Assembly (NCBI GenBank): GCA_049322575.1 | Contig: JBMORQ010000015.1 | Span: forward strand, 13,373-77,372 | Length of the DNA: 64,000 nucleotides | Direction of reading: 5' to 3' | From: Patescibacteria group bacterium | GTDB lineage: Bacteria; Patescibacteriota; Microgenomatia; UBA1400; PJMF01 | Shown here: in pieces, positions 19,342-28,996 of the stretch | Position numbering within the stretch: the first letter of the stretch is position 1 | Layout of the letters: every line of letters begins with the position of its first letter | Notes under the pieces: model-generated | What the model was told of the DNA's origin: nothing | Databases searched by the model: none | The model's input: the letters and a program-made list of their open reading frames with translations, nothing else | Program-made: the position numbers and the translations under genes

Positions 19342-19881
19342 ATGCACAAACTAAAAGCTGATCAACAAAAACTGCTTGCTGGCTTGAGGAAAGCCGATCC
19401 TGCTTCGGTTAAAAAATGGTTTGATCTCTTTTATCCAGAGCTACTAAAAATTGCCGTGGTTAAGTTAAGCAGCCAGGATTTGGCTGAAGAACTGGTTCAA
19501 GAAACCTTTATTCACTCTCTTAAGCAGCTAACGCTGTTTCGTGGTGATTCGAGTTTGATGACCTGGATGCAAAGCATCTTGAGACATGAAATTTCTGACT
19601 ATTATAGAAAACAGTACGCTAAGAAGGCCATTAGAACGGTTTCTCTCTCGGAGTTGATTTTAAACGAGCCAATTAGAGACTCACACGAGGTTTCGGCCAA
19701 AGTTTCACAGGTTTTGTCGCGCATGGTGAATGGGCACAAGGAACTCTTGTTACTCAAATATGTAGATAAAAAGCGTGTCAAACAAATCGCGGCCGATCTT
19801 GGCAGAAGTGTCAAGTCGGTGGAATCAGAGCTCTTTCGGGCAAGGGAGGAATTTAGAGAGTTGTATATTGGCTTGGAGTAG
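19342..19881 (+). CDS. ECF-type sigma-70 family RNA polymerase sigma factor
   Basis: A region-2-like segment (ELVQETFIH) and a region-4 HTH (LKYVDKKRVKQIAADLGRSVKSVESELFRAREEFR). Confidence 0.8.
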   Translation: MHKLKADQQKLLAGLRKADPASVKKWFDLFYPELLKIAVVKLSSQDLAEELVQETFIHSLKQLTLFRGDSSLMTWMQSILRHEISDYYRKQYAKKAIRTVSLSELILNEPIRDSHEVSAKVSQVLSRMVNGHKELLLLKYVDKKRVKQIAADLGRSVKSVESELFRAREEFRELYIGLE

Positions 19882-19957
19882 ATTTAGGAACTAAGAATGC
19901 ATTTTTAGGGCGAGCCCTTTTTTAGGGGGGGTCCTTAAGCAAATTATTATTTATAAA

Positions 19958-20173
19958 ATGTTACGGCAATCAATGAGTTCACAGTCGCAAGATTTTATAG
20001 CTATGTTGCAAGAGGAAGCCGAGTTGCAGGCGAAGCTTCAGAGAACTCGTCTGTTGCCTGCTAGGCTAGACTTCTTAAGTCGTTTTGTGGCAACTCATGC
20101 TTGGCAGACAGTTTTAGTCAGCTCGTTTTTAACTGCTCTGATTTTGTGGTTGGGGCAGGTGGCGGGAAGGTGA
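19958..20173 (+). CDS. Putative anti-sigma factor (small single-pass membrane protein)
   Basis: 71 aa, immediately downstream of the ECF sigma gene, with a C-terminal transmembrane helix (VLVSSFLTALILWLGQVAG). The call rests on position and topology only. Confidence 0.35.
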   Translation: MLRQSMSSQSQDFIAMLQEEAELQAKLQRTRLLPARLDFLSRFVATHAWQTVLVSSFLTALILWLGQVAGR

Positions 20174-20190
20174 GGGGTTAGGTGGGTTTA

Positions 20191-20817
20191 CTATTCTGGA
20201 AGCAAGGTGCCACCAGCTGACTCAATTTCTTCATCAGTTATTACCCATCTCATTTTTGTGTCGTGGTAGAGCTTTTTAAGATGGTTGAATTCGTTGTGCA
20301 ATTCACTTTGACCTCCATCGTAGCTAAATTTCATATTGTTTGTTTGCGCAAGGATCTCTGCACATCTTTTTGATGCTTCAATTATGGTCTGAAGCGCTTC
20401 GCTTCTTCGTCTTTCAAATTCACCATCTGAATAAGCATTGGCCTTATCAGTATATTCTGCTTCACTTAAACCCCAGGATTCTGTTATCTTTTCAAGATAG
20501 TGGGTGAGCCTAGAACGCTCTTGTTTGGCATGATCACTAACGTCGCCTGATAGTGGAAAACCATTATTTTCAACATTTAATATTCTAAGTCTCAATTCAA
20601 TATCGCTGGCAATTTGCAGGGCTTCTTCACGACTACCAATCTCTTCTAAAGGAATTGGTTTTTCTTCAAGTGGTTTCTCTGCAACTCCGCTGATGTGTTG
20701 TTGTTCGCCCATTTCTGCCATTTTCATCCTTAAAAAGTGATAACGATAAAATTTTAGTACACAGTGCAATATATATCCAGACCTAGGAGATTGATAATTT
20801 AAGACGGGGTATTCCAT
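20191..20817 (-). CDS. Hypothetical protein; the likely true start is the internal MAEMGEQQ near 20724
   Basis: The ORF is present, but the 5' extension overlaps a promoter-like AT-rich stretch. No family was recognised. Confidence 0.3.
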   Translation of the reverse strand: MEYPVLNYQSPRSGYILHCVLKFYRYHFLRMKMAEMGEQQHISGVAEKPLEEKPIPLEEIGSREEALQIASDIELRLRILNVENNGFPLSGDVSDHAKQERSRLTHYLEKITESWGLSEAEYTDKANAYSDGEFERRRSEALQTIIEASKRCAEILAQTNNMKFSYDGGQSELHNEFNHLKKLYHDTKMRWVITDEEIESAGGTLLPE

Positions 20818-21018
20818 TAAAAGTGCGACAATCTTTTGTGACTGCTATTTTTATGTGAGATTAATAATGTTGGTTATTTGCTTATGTTTTAAAAAATATT
20901 TAAGCTCGTAGTAAGATACCCTTGGTTATTTGTCAGTAGTAAATTGGATATTTTTTAGAGCTCTCGACTTTTTATTGTTAAAGCTCGTTGTTGCAAAAGT
21001 TTTATTATTTAAAGAACC

Positions 21019-21360
21019 ATGAAAAACCTAATTCTTTCTTTTATCTACTCATGTTTACAAATTGGTTTTGGTTTGTTGGTTCATCCATATCAGACCATGC
21101 AGTCTCTGGTTAGGGAGCGATTGTTTGTTTGGATGACTTTGTTGCCCATGTTTTGGTTAGCGATTTCAACAGTGTTGTGGAGAATCGTTGTTGTTCCACT
21201 AGTCAGAACATTTTTTGTATGTGGATCGATGGGGAATGACCCATGTGTTTTTTTGCCGCTCATATCAGACTGGATGACCTTTTTCTGTATTTACTGGCAG
21301 ACCCTATTGTTTTATTTGTTAATAAGATTTGGCAGTGTTTTTGGCAAAAATGAGAATTAA
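21019..21360 (+). CDS. Small hypothetical membrane protein
   Basis: 113 aa with three hydrophobic segments; it overlaps the annotated recF start. Confidence 0.3.
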   Translation: MKNLILSFIYSCLQIGFGLLVHPYQTMQSLVRERLFVWMTLLPMFWLAISTVLWRIVVVPLVRTFFVCGSMGNDPCVFLPLISDWMTFFCIYWQTLLFYLLIRFGSVFGKNEN

Positions 21361-22516
21361 TAAAATTGCCCTACAAAACTTTCGCAATTTTCCGCAGGCT
21401 TTTTTCGAGTTCGATCAGATCAATTTGTTGTTGGGTAAGAACGGCTCTGGCAAAACGTCGGTGATGGAGGCGATTTACTCACTTTCTAGTGGCAACAGTT
21501 TTAGGGCGGGACAAGTTGAGGAAATGATTGGCTTAGGACATGACCTTGCCAGGGTTAAGGGCGAGGTTGTTGTTGAAAAAAATGGGGATAACTGGGGACA
21601 AAATGTGGAAAACTTACTTGAGGGAAAAAATGTTGATGATGACTTGGTTGGTGAGGAAAAAATCATTCTGGAAACAATGTTTACAAATGGTTTTGTTCAG
21701 GGTAAGAAAACACAAAAAAGACATTTTTCTGTTAACGGAGCAAAAAGACGTCAAAAAGATTTTTTAAAAAATTTTTTTGCTGTGGTTTTTCGTCCAGAAG
21801 ATATGCGATTAATAGAGGGTTCGCCAAATCGGAGGAGGGTGTTTTTGAACACAGCCCTACAAGAACTTGATTATGAGTATGCCAATTCTCTCTCAAGTTA
21901 TGAACAAACACTGCGTAGGCGCAATCGACTTCTTGACGAAGTGCGCGAGGCAAAGCAGTCTCGGGCCTCACTGACTTATTGGAACCTGGCCTTAGTAAAA
22001 CATGGCCAAATTTTGCAGCACAAGCGTCAGGACTTTTTAAACTTCGTACAAACGGTTGCTTTTCCTATGGATTTTTCCATTGATTATCAACCCTCTTTAA
22101 TTACGGCCGAAAGAGCTGAGCAGTATTTAGACAAGGAAATAATGGTGGGTCATTCATTAATTGGTCCGCACAAAGATGATTTTTCTGTATGTTTCAGGCT
22201 CTCATACTTTGAGAAGTTAACAAACAAAAAACTTGATATACAGGATGATTTAGCGTTGTCGAGCTATGGATCTCGCGGACAGCAACGCATGGGAGTTTTA
22301 TGGTTAAAACTGGGCGAACTGGAATTTATTAAGCGCAGAACCGGCTTGTTACCAGTCATTATTCTTGATGATATCTTTTCTGAACTAGATGAGGTTGGAA
22401 GAAAGATGGTGATGGGTTTGGTTAAAGATCATCAGTCATTTTTCACTACGGCCGATCAGTCGTCGGCTGATGAACTGCTGTCAGGGATTGAAAATGTTAA
22501 GAGGTTTATCCTGTAA
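21329..22516 (+). CDS. recF: DNA replication and repair protein RecF
   Basis: The N-terminus MRINKIALQNFRNF..LLLGKNGSGKTSVMEAIYSL with a Walker A motif, and a C-terminal Walker B/D-loop (ILDDIFSELD). The probable true start is the M of MRINKI (about 21350). Confidence 0.85.
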   Translation: MAVFLAKMRINKIALQNFRNFPQAFFEFDQINLLLGKNGSGKTSVMEAIYSLSSGNSFRAGQVEEMIGLGHDLARVKGEVVVEKNGDNWGQNVENLLEGKNVDDDLVGEEKIILETMFTNGFVQGKKTQKRHFSVNGAKRRQKDFLKNFFAVVFRPEDMRLIEGSPNRRRVFLNTALQELDYEYANSLSSYEQTLRRRNRLLDEVREAKQSRASLTYWNLALVKHGQILQHKRQDFLNFVQTVAFPMDFSIDYQPSLITAERAEQYLDKEIMVGHSLIGPHKDDFSVCFRLSYFEKLTNKKLDIQDDLALSSYGSRGQQRMGVLWLKLGELEFIKRRTGLLPVIILDDIFSELDEVGRKMVMGLVKDHQSFFTTADQSSADELLSGIENVKRFIL

Positions 22517-22540
22517 TTAAAAATCCAAGCTTGGCAACAT

Positions 22541-23404
22541 TTAATGGTTGGAGATTTCTTGCAGTGTTTTCCACAGTACGCTGGGAATTACCTGAACCAT
22601 ATCTGAAGCATTAAAAAACGGTCCAACTTGGCTATGCAAGTAGTCACCAGCTTTTTTGCTTACAAAGCTGCCTAAGATAGTTGAGGTCAATGCTTCGTTG
22701 TTAGTATAAAGACCGGCGATGAGCCCGGCCAGGACGTCACCCGTTCCACCCTTGGTCATTCCGGGGTTTCCTCCAAAAATGTTGATTTGCTGTCTTACAA
22801 GGCCTTTATGGAAAAAAATCTGATCAGTCGGACCTTTTAGCAGAACTGTCGCTCTAAAATCATTTAGGATTGTTTGCTGAGAAAGATTAGACCTCTGGGC
22901 TAAAAAAGAAAGTTCTCTGGGGTGTGGGGTGAGAATTTGTTGCTCATTAACAAGTGAGGGGTCAAGCATTTGCAGAGCTCCGGCGTCGATTACCCATTTT
23001 TTTTTGTCAAACTTTTTGATCAGCTTATTGCACAGTTCCTGCGTCTCTGGGGAACGTTCCATGCCGGGACCGATTAAGACACAGTCAGCTTCATTGATGT
23101 AATCTTCAATTTTTTCTCTAGGGATAACTATACCATTCCAAAAGTTTGCCTTGATTGTTTGGATTAATTGGTTGTTTGAGGGAACGGAGGAGTAAAAAAC
23201 CATGTCAACAAAGCGTGAGGCGATATCAAGACTCCATTTGCTGGCAGCATGAAATAGTTCTGAACCGCCAATAATCATTAATTTGCCGTTTTGACCTTTA
23301 TGGGAGTTGGCTGATGGTAATTTTATCTGTAGAAAAATCTTTCTTAACTCTGGTGGTATCGGGCCATTGGTGGAAAAACCAAGGTTCTTTTTTTGGAAAA
23401 GCAT
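22541..23404 (-). CDS. nnrD: ADP-dependent (S)-NAD(P)H-hydrate dehydratase (YjeF C-terminal, carbohydrate-kinase-like domain)
   Basis: Contains GKLMIIGGSELFHAASKW and the GGNPGMTKGGTGDVLAGLIAGL motif typical of YjeF-C. Confidence 0.8.
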   Translation of the reverse strand: MLFQKKNLGFSTNGPIPPELRKIFLQIKLPSANSHKGQNGKLMIIGGSELFHAASKWSLDIASRFVDMVFYSSVPSNNQLIQTIKANFWNGIVIPREKIEDYINEADCVLIGPGMERSPETQELCNKLIKKFDKKKWVIDAGALQMLDPSLVNEQQILTPHPRELSFLAQRSNLSQQTILNDFRATVLLKGPTDQIFFHKGLVRQQINIFGGNPGMTKGGTGDVLAGLIAGLYTNNEALTSTILGSFVSKKAGDYLHSQVGPFFNASDMVQVIPSVLWKTLQEISNH

Positions 23405-23407
23405 TGT

Positions 23408-23758
23408 TTATTTTTTCTTGGTAGAGTCGGCGTTTTCCGTTGGGTCACAATCGTCCTGTTTTGAGGACTTTTTACCGACAATTTCGTTAAAGACTTCTAA
23501 TTTTTTCTGGAGAAAGGCTAATTGCATGGTCACAAAGACAGCCAACAAGGTCATGGCTGCTGCGTAAATTAACATAGAAGCGACGCCGCTGTTTTTGCCA
23601 AGATACGGATCAACATAGGTTTCAACTGCTCGCTTAATGGCTTCGTTCCAGGCTAAAGCAACCACAACACCAAAACCACTGGTGGCAAGTGAAATCATGT
23701 TTTTGACTATTGAAAGAGGAACTTCTTGTAGGTTGCTGGGTGTTTCAATATTTGCCAT
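23408..23758 (-). CDS. Small hypothetical membrane protein
   Basis: 116 aa with two transmembrane helices and a charged C-terminal tail. Confidence 0.35.
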   Translation of the reverse strand: MANIETPSNLQEVPLSIVKNMISLATSGFGVVVALAWNEAIKRAVETYVDPYLGKNSGVASMLIYAAAMTLLAVFVTMQLAFLQKKLEVFNEIVGKKSSKQDDCDPTENADSTKKK

Positions 23759-23884
23759 GCCTGTTGATTATATCAGTTTTTATACCTGCAAATTTTGCAA
23801 AAATAAGTTAAAATACAAGAGGTTTTCCACGATAAACTCACAGCGTTGAAACAAATATGATTGGCATAAAAAGAAAAAAGCGAC

Positions 23885-24976
23885 ATGTATCAACCAATTT
23901 TTTCAATTACCTCAAACTTGCTAACATACCTCACAACAATCGAGGCAGCCAAAGCATTAATCGATCATTCTCCGCTGGTTCCGGCCTGGGAGGCTAAGTT
24001 TCGCGATGAGGCTTTGGCCAGGACCGTTCATTTTGGTACCAAGATTGAGGGCAATGATCTAACTCAGGAGCAAGCTCAGCAAGTAGTGAGATTGCAAGGA
24101 TTGGTAGATAGTAAAGAAATCGCTGAGCAAGCCGGAATTGTTGCTAGAGAGCGAGACATCCAAGAGGTTATCAACTATCGGAATGTAATAAATTGGATTG
24201 ATCAACAACACCAAATTGAACAAAAAAATATTTTTAGCATTGAAACTTTGAAAAATATTCATATGCTGACCATGGCCAATTTGTTGCAAGATGATCAGGT
24301 TGGGGAGTTTCGTAAAAAACAAGTAATTGTTCGTGGGGCGCAAAATGGGGAAGTTGTTTTTAGACCACCGGTCTCGGTCGAGGTTCCCTTCCTTGTCGAG
24401 GAGTTTTTCCAATGGTTAAATCATCCCACCACCAAAAACATTCATCCAATTCTCAGGGCCGCTGCAACTCACTACCAGCTGGCTTTTATTCATCCGTTTA
24501 TTGAGGGAAATGGTCGAACAGCACGCGCTTTGGCCACTTTGGTGCTTTATGACGGTGGCTATGATTTTAAGAAATTCTTTTCTTTGGAGCAGTATTTTGA
24601 TAGCGATGTGGAGAAGTATTATCAGGCGCTGTTGTCTGTTCAGCAAAGTGTTAACTCGGATATGACCTATTGGTTTGAATATTTTTGTTATGGACTGGCC
24701 ATTGAGATTGATAAGGTTAAACAACAGGTTTTAAGACTGTCGAAGGATCTCAAGCTCAAAAAAGAGTTGGGCAAGCAAGTGGCGCTTTCGGAGAGGCAGA
24801 TAATCATTCTGGAAATTCTTCAGAACCAAGGAGAGATTTCTTCAGAAGATGCTCAGCGTGCAATACCAAATGTTTCCGTTGATACGGTTCTTCGCGACCT
24901 CAAAGATTTAATAAAGAAAGGCGTGATTCAAAAACGCGGTGTAACCAAGGGAGTTAGTTATATTTTGAGAGAATAG
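23885..24976 (+). CDS. Fic-family protein (AMPylator-type Fic/Doc) with a C-terminal winged-helix
   Basis: An intact Fic active-site motif (HPFIEGNGRTARAL, matching HxFx(D/E)GNGRxxR). Confidence 0.85.
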   Translation: MYQPIFSITSNLLTYLTTIEAAKALIDHSPLVPAWEAKFRDEALARTVHFGTKIEGNDLTQEQAQQVVRLQGLVDSKEIAEQAGIVARERDIQEVINYRNVINWIDQQHQIEQKNIFSIETLKNIHMLTMANLLQDDQVGEFRKKQVIVRGAQNGEVVFRPPVSVEVPFLVEEFFQWLNHPTTKNIHPILRAAATHYQLAFIHPFIEGNGRTARALATLVLYDGGYDFKKFFSLEQYFDSDVEKYYQALLSVQQSVNSDMTYWFEYFCYGLAIEIDKVKQQVLRLSKDLKLKKELGKQVALSERQIIILEILQNQGEISSEDAQRAIPNVSVDTVLRDLKDLIKKGVIQKRGVTKGVSYILRE

Positions 24977-25007
24977 TTTTTCTCGGAGTCATGTTAAGCT
25001 ATCTTTA

Positions 25008-26975
25008 ATGACTTTTAACGATTTTGCTTTGCTGCTTGAAGAACTAGAAAAAACCCCATCTCGTCTGGAGATGACGGCTTTATTAGCTCAACTTTTTTCC
25101 AGGTTAGAAAAAGAAGAAATTGCACCCACTTGTTACCTGTTGCAAGGTCGACTAGTTCCTCAATATCAATCTCTCGAGTTTCAGTTGTCAAGCAAAATGT
25201 TGGTTAGGGTTTTGGCAAGAATAAAAGCTGACTTAACCGATTCAAGGGCAGATAATTTTGGCGGGGCAGTTGGTGATTCCCAGACAAAGGCTCCAGCTTC
25301 AAAAGCAGTATCTTTGGATCTGTTTAATCAACCTGACTATTCCAGTTTGGAAAAGGCAGTTGACAGCGAATATCGGCAAATTGGTGATCTTGGCTTGTTG
25401 GCGGAAAAAATCATTAATCAATTTAGAGCTCAGTCGTCAGTTTTATCACCAAGACTAGATAATGTGGATATTTCTCAAACTGGGGGAGGTCAGACCATTC
25501 TCCAAGTATTTGACAGCTTGCAGCAAGTTGCCAAACAAGGCGGTGAGGGGTCACAAGATCGAAAGGTCAATCAAATGGTTGAACTTTTGAGAAAAAATGA
25601 CCCGGTGGCAGCCAAGTTCATCGTTAGAATAATCTTGGGTAAATTACGACTAGGTTTTTCCACCATGACCATGATGGACGCCTTGTCTTGGCAAAGACGA
25701 GGCGACAAGTCTGACAGTGGTCTGCTTGAAGAAACGTACCAAAAACGTGCCGACATTGGTCAACTGGCAGAAGTTTATTTAACGGCAGAAGGCGAAGAAG
25801 GGCTAAAAAGAGCTCTAGAGCAGTATTCTGTTAAAGTGGGCGTGCCGGTAGTTCCCTCTCTTTGTCAGCGCCTCAATTCAGCCACTGAAATTATTGAGAA
25901 ACTGGGCCAAGTCATCGCTGAGCCAAAATATGATGGTCTACGAGTGCAGATTCACTTGTCTAAGGAGGCTTGTTATGCGTTTACACGCAACCTGGAAGAT
26001 GTTACGCACATGTTCCCGGAAATTCAAAAAATGCTTCAAGTTTTGAGCGCTCAGAGCTGTATTTTAGATGCTGAGGCAATTGGCTTTAGTCTTGAATCTG
26101 GTAAATTGCTCACTTTTCAAGAAACCATTACTCGCAAGCGCAAGCACGACATAGAGCAACAGGCACAGAAAGTGCCAATCCGTTTTTATATCTTTGACGT
26201 GTTAAGTTTAAATGGGCAATCGCTCATCGATTTGCCTCTATTTGAACGCAAACAAAAACTAGCTCGACTTTTTACCGACAACGATTTTATGGTTAAGGCA
26301 CCTTTTGTTGAAACAAATTCCGCAACCGAGCTAAAACAATTTCATGAGGAACAGTTGGCTTTAGGCCTTGAAGGAGCTGTGATGAAAAAGGCAAACAGTA
26401 AATATCGCAGCGGACGCAAGGGTTGGCGTTGGGTTAAGATCAAAGAGGAGGAAGGATCGAGGGGCAAACTTAATGACACGCTTGATTGTTTAGTGATGGG
26501 TTATTATTTTGGTCGTGGTAAAAGGACACAGTTTGGCATCGGCGCCTTTCTGGTGGGTGTGTTGGGTGGTGGGGGTGAAAACGCAACTGAGTTGCGTCAT
26601 CCGAAGACCACCGACAAATCCGATGAATCGATTCTAGCCGAGGAAGCTTATGACCAGTCGCAAAAAGTTCTGACTATTGCAAAAATTGGCACAGGGCTGA
26701 CTGATGAACAGTTTCTTGAATTCAAAAAACGAGTTGCGGGTAACGAAATGATCGATAAGCCAGTTGTTTATGAAGTGGAAAAAAACCTGATGCCTGACAA
26801 ATGGATTAGTCCATTTTTAGTAGTTGAAATTGCAGCCGATGAAATAACAAAGTCGCCAGTTCACACCGCGGGGGTTGCATTGCGTTTTCCACGACTGGTT
26901 AGATTCCGTGACGACAAAAGTTGGGAAGAAACCACTACTTTGGATGAGGTCAGAACAATTGAAATTGCCAAATAA
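25008..26975 (+). CDS. ATP-dependent DNA ligase
   Basis: The adenylation motif I (KYDGLRVQIH, matching KxDGxR), a downstream FDVL/EGAV nucleotidyltransferase and OB-fold architecture, and a length of 655 aa. Confidence 0.8.
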   Translation: MTFNDFALLLEELEKTPSRLEMTALLAQLFSRLEKEEIAPTCYLLQGRLVPQYQSLEFQLSSKMLVRVLARIKADLTDSRADNFGGAVGDSQTKAPASKAVSLDLFNQPDYSSLEKAVDSEYRQIGDLGLLAEKIINQFRAQSSVLSPRLDNVDISQTGGGQTILQVFDSLQQVAKQGGEGSQDRKVNQMVELLRKNDPVAAKFIVRIILGKLRLGFSTMTMMDALSWQRRGDKSDSGLLEETYQKRADIGQLAEVYLTAEGEEGLKRALEQYSVKVGVPVVPSLCQRLNSATEIIEKLGQVIAEPKYDGLRVQIHLSKEACYAFTRNLEDVTHMFPEIQKMLQVLSAQSCILDAEAIGFSLESGKLLTFQETITRKRKHDIEQQAQKVPIRFYIFDVLSLNGQSLIDLPLFERKQKLARLFTDNDFMVKAPFVETNSATELKQFHEEQLALGLEGAVMKKANSKYRSGRKGWRWVKIKEEEGSRGKLNDTLDCLVMGYYFGRGKRTQFGIGAFLVGVLGGGGENATELRHPKTTDKSDESILAEEAYDQSQKVLTIAKIGTGLTDEQFLEFKKRVAGNEMIDKPVVYEVEKNLMPDKWISPFLVVEIAADEITKSPVHTAGVALRFPRLVRFRDDKSWEETTTLDEVRTIEIAK

Positions 26976-26990
26976 GCTGGTCGTACTAAT

Positions 26991-27033
26991 TAGACTTGTG
27001 GTGAAATAAGATTTTTATGTCGCAGAAAGTCTG
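26991..27033. repeat. Partial hairpin copy of the dispersed repeat, lying between convergent genes
   Basis: The sequence tagacttgtggtgaaataagatttttatgtcgcagaaagtctg starts 16 nt after the ligase stop codon. Confidence 0.5.
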
Positions 27034-27080
27034 ATTTTGTTAATTTGGCCCTGATCTTTTATGGACGGAATCGAGCGCTA

Positions 27081-28214
27081 TTACACAGAAGGGTTGTTGA
27101 TGGCAGTTTCGACGATTTCTAGCAGTTTTTGTTTTGATTGTTTGTTGTAATTTGCCATTTTTGCTATCGATTTTGAGTGCTCTTGGAGTTTTTTGGGATT
27201 GTGCAATAAATTGAGAATTTTTACTAAGGCATAGCTGGGGTTTTCTTCCACCCATCCGAGCTGATTTTGTCTGATTATATCCAGGTTACCATCTTCTTGG
27301 CCCGAAATATGAGTGGTGGCGAAAAAGGGCTTGTGAGCAGCAACTGCCTCAAAAAGTGTATTTGGTCCAGCTTTTCCTATGACGAGATCAGCCGCCTTGA
27401 TGAAAGGGCTGCTATCAGTAAAAGGCAAGACGACCAATTGGATAGAGGAGTTGTTGGCTTCAAGCTCAGCCTGGAGTAGTTGTAGACGGCCAAACATTGC
27501 CTTGTTGCGTCCGCAAGCAACAATGATTTGAGCGGGACAGAGCGAGTGCATTAGCGGATCAAGAGTTTCCCAAATAGTGTTTGTTCCCTCTGAACCACTA
27601 ACAAAAAACAAAGTGGTGAGGTTTGGTTGTAGACCGAGTTGCTTGCGTAAGTTCTTTTGATTGTAGCTTTTTTCATAACTATCCCTCACCAGCCAACCAA
27701 TAGCCCGAGTAGTTGCTTGTGGCTTAATTTGGGCAACTTGTTGAGAGGCATGTTGGTCAAAAACAAAGTTGCAGTTTGCTTTCTTTGCAACTTCCATGTA
27801 AGAAATTGTATGAGGATTGCAGACCAAGTTGAAAAAAGGGATATTTTGTTTGTTGGAAATTTTTTCTAGAGTTGGATTAAAACCAAAATAGGTGCTAATT
27901 AAAGCATTTGGCCGAACTGTTTGAATGAACTTTTCAACTTTTCTGCTATAACTACTTTTACTTTTTATGACCAGCTTGGACAAATTTTCAAAAGCATTAT
28001 TATTTGAAGCCCGATAAATATGGGAAAAAAGTGAGGGTTTGTGAATATATATTTGCCTATAAATCTCAAAGAGAGGATCCTCATAGGAGAAAACCTCAAC
28101 CTGATAGCCAACTTTATCAAATGCCTGAGATACGGCCTCGGCCAGGCTAGCGTGACCTTCGATACTGGTAAAAACCGCGATGGTTTTTTTTGAGGTGTGG
28201 GAAATTTGTGACAT
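27081..28214 (-). CDS. GT28-family glycosyltransferase, MGDG-synthase/UgtP-like (diacylglycerol glycosyltransferase)
   Basis: The N-terminus KKTIAVFTSIEGHASLAEAV resembles the MGDG-synthase N-terminal motif (ILtasyGgGH), and the C-terminal half is GT-B-like. Confidence 0.55.
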   Translation of the reverse strand: MSQISHTSKKTIAVFTSIEGHASLAEAVSQAFDKVGYQVEVFSYEDPLFEIYRQIYIHKPSLFSHIYRASNNNAFENLSKLVIKSKSSYSRKVEKFIQTVRPNALISTYFGFNPTLEKISNKQNIPFFNLVCNPHTISYMEVAKKANCNFVFDQHASQQVAQIKPQATTRAIGWLVRDSYEKSYNQKNLRKQLGLQPNLTTLFFVSGSEGTNTIWETLDPLMHSLCPAQIIVACGRNKAMFGRLQLLQAELEANNSSIQLVVLPFTDSSPFIKAADLVIGKAGPNTLFEAVAAHKPFFATTHISGQEDGNLDIIRQNQLGWVEENPSYALVKILNLLHNPKKLQEHSKSIAKMANYNKQSKQKLLEIVETAINNPSV

Positions 28215-28375
28215 AAATTGGTACTCAAGCTAGGATGTTGAGCCTTTTTGATATTTGACTCGTTGTGAAGTGTGATTTGTAAAATTTCTTTATAAAAAAT
28301 AGATTTTGACAAAAAGCTATAGTGAATTATATCCCAGATAGGTTAAAATCATAACCAGACTAAAAAAAAGGATAA

Positions 28376-28975
28376 ATGACAACAATCGTTGGTCTAGGCA
28401 ATCCTGGATCTGAATATCGTTTTACCCGTCACAACATCGGTTTTATGGTTGTGGACTCTTTGCTGACAAAACTATTGGTGAAAAAAAATGGAATCAGCAC
28501 GGCAAATCAATTAAGTGTAAAAGAAAAAGATGACTTGTTGCAGCAGTTCCAAAACTCCAAAAAACACCAAGCATTGATTTCAAGAAACCAATTTCAAAAT
28601 CAAGACTTCTTGTTAATTAAGCCGCAAACTTTTATGAACGATTCTGGTTTGGCCGTAAGGTCTATCCAAAAATTTTTGAACTTTGAAATTTCCCGTATGT
28701 TTGTGGTTCATGACGATTTGGACTTAGAGATTGGCAATTATAAAGTTCAGTATGGCAAGGGTCCCAAAATTCACAACGGCTTGTCGTCTATTTACCAGCA
28801 CCTAAAGACTCAGAGTTTTTGGCATGTCAGGATTGGAGTTGACGGCCGAGGAGGCCGGCGCGACCAGGCTTCGGCGGAATACGTTCTTAGCCAGTTTTTG
28901 CCAGCAGAGAAGACTGTTATTAACCAGGTAATTGATGAAGTAGTTGATAAGTTGCTATCATGGAGAGAGTTGTAA
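28376..28975 (+). CDS. pth: Peptidyl-tRNA hydrolase
   Basis: The N-terminus MTTIVGLGNPGSEYRFTRHNIGFMVVD is the Pth signature; the protein is 199 aa and carries an internal insertion. Confidence 0.85.
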   Translation: MTTIVGLGNPGSEYRFTRHNIGFMVVDSLLTKLLVKKNGISTANQLSVKEKDDLLQQFQNSKKHQALISRNQFQNQDFLLIKPQTFMNDSGLAVRSIQKFLNFEISRMFVVHDDLDLEIGNYKVQYGKGPKIHNGLSSIYQHLKTQSFWHVRIGVDGRGGRRDQASAEYVLSQFLPAEKTVINQVIDEVVDKLLSWREL

Positions 28976-28996
28976 AACCCAGAGTTTCTTAAAAAT

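Noticed and set aside
20724-20817. N-terminal 31-codon extension of the 208-aa ORF (MEYPVLNYQSPRSGYILHCVLKFYRYHFLRMK)
   Set aside because: The extension runs into an AT-rich promoter-like region (tacacagtgcaatatatat), and the internal MAEMGEQQ start with an upstream purine-rich stretch is more plausible. The gene is kept but the start is flagged.
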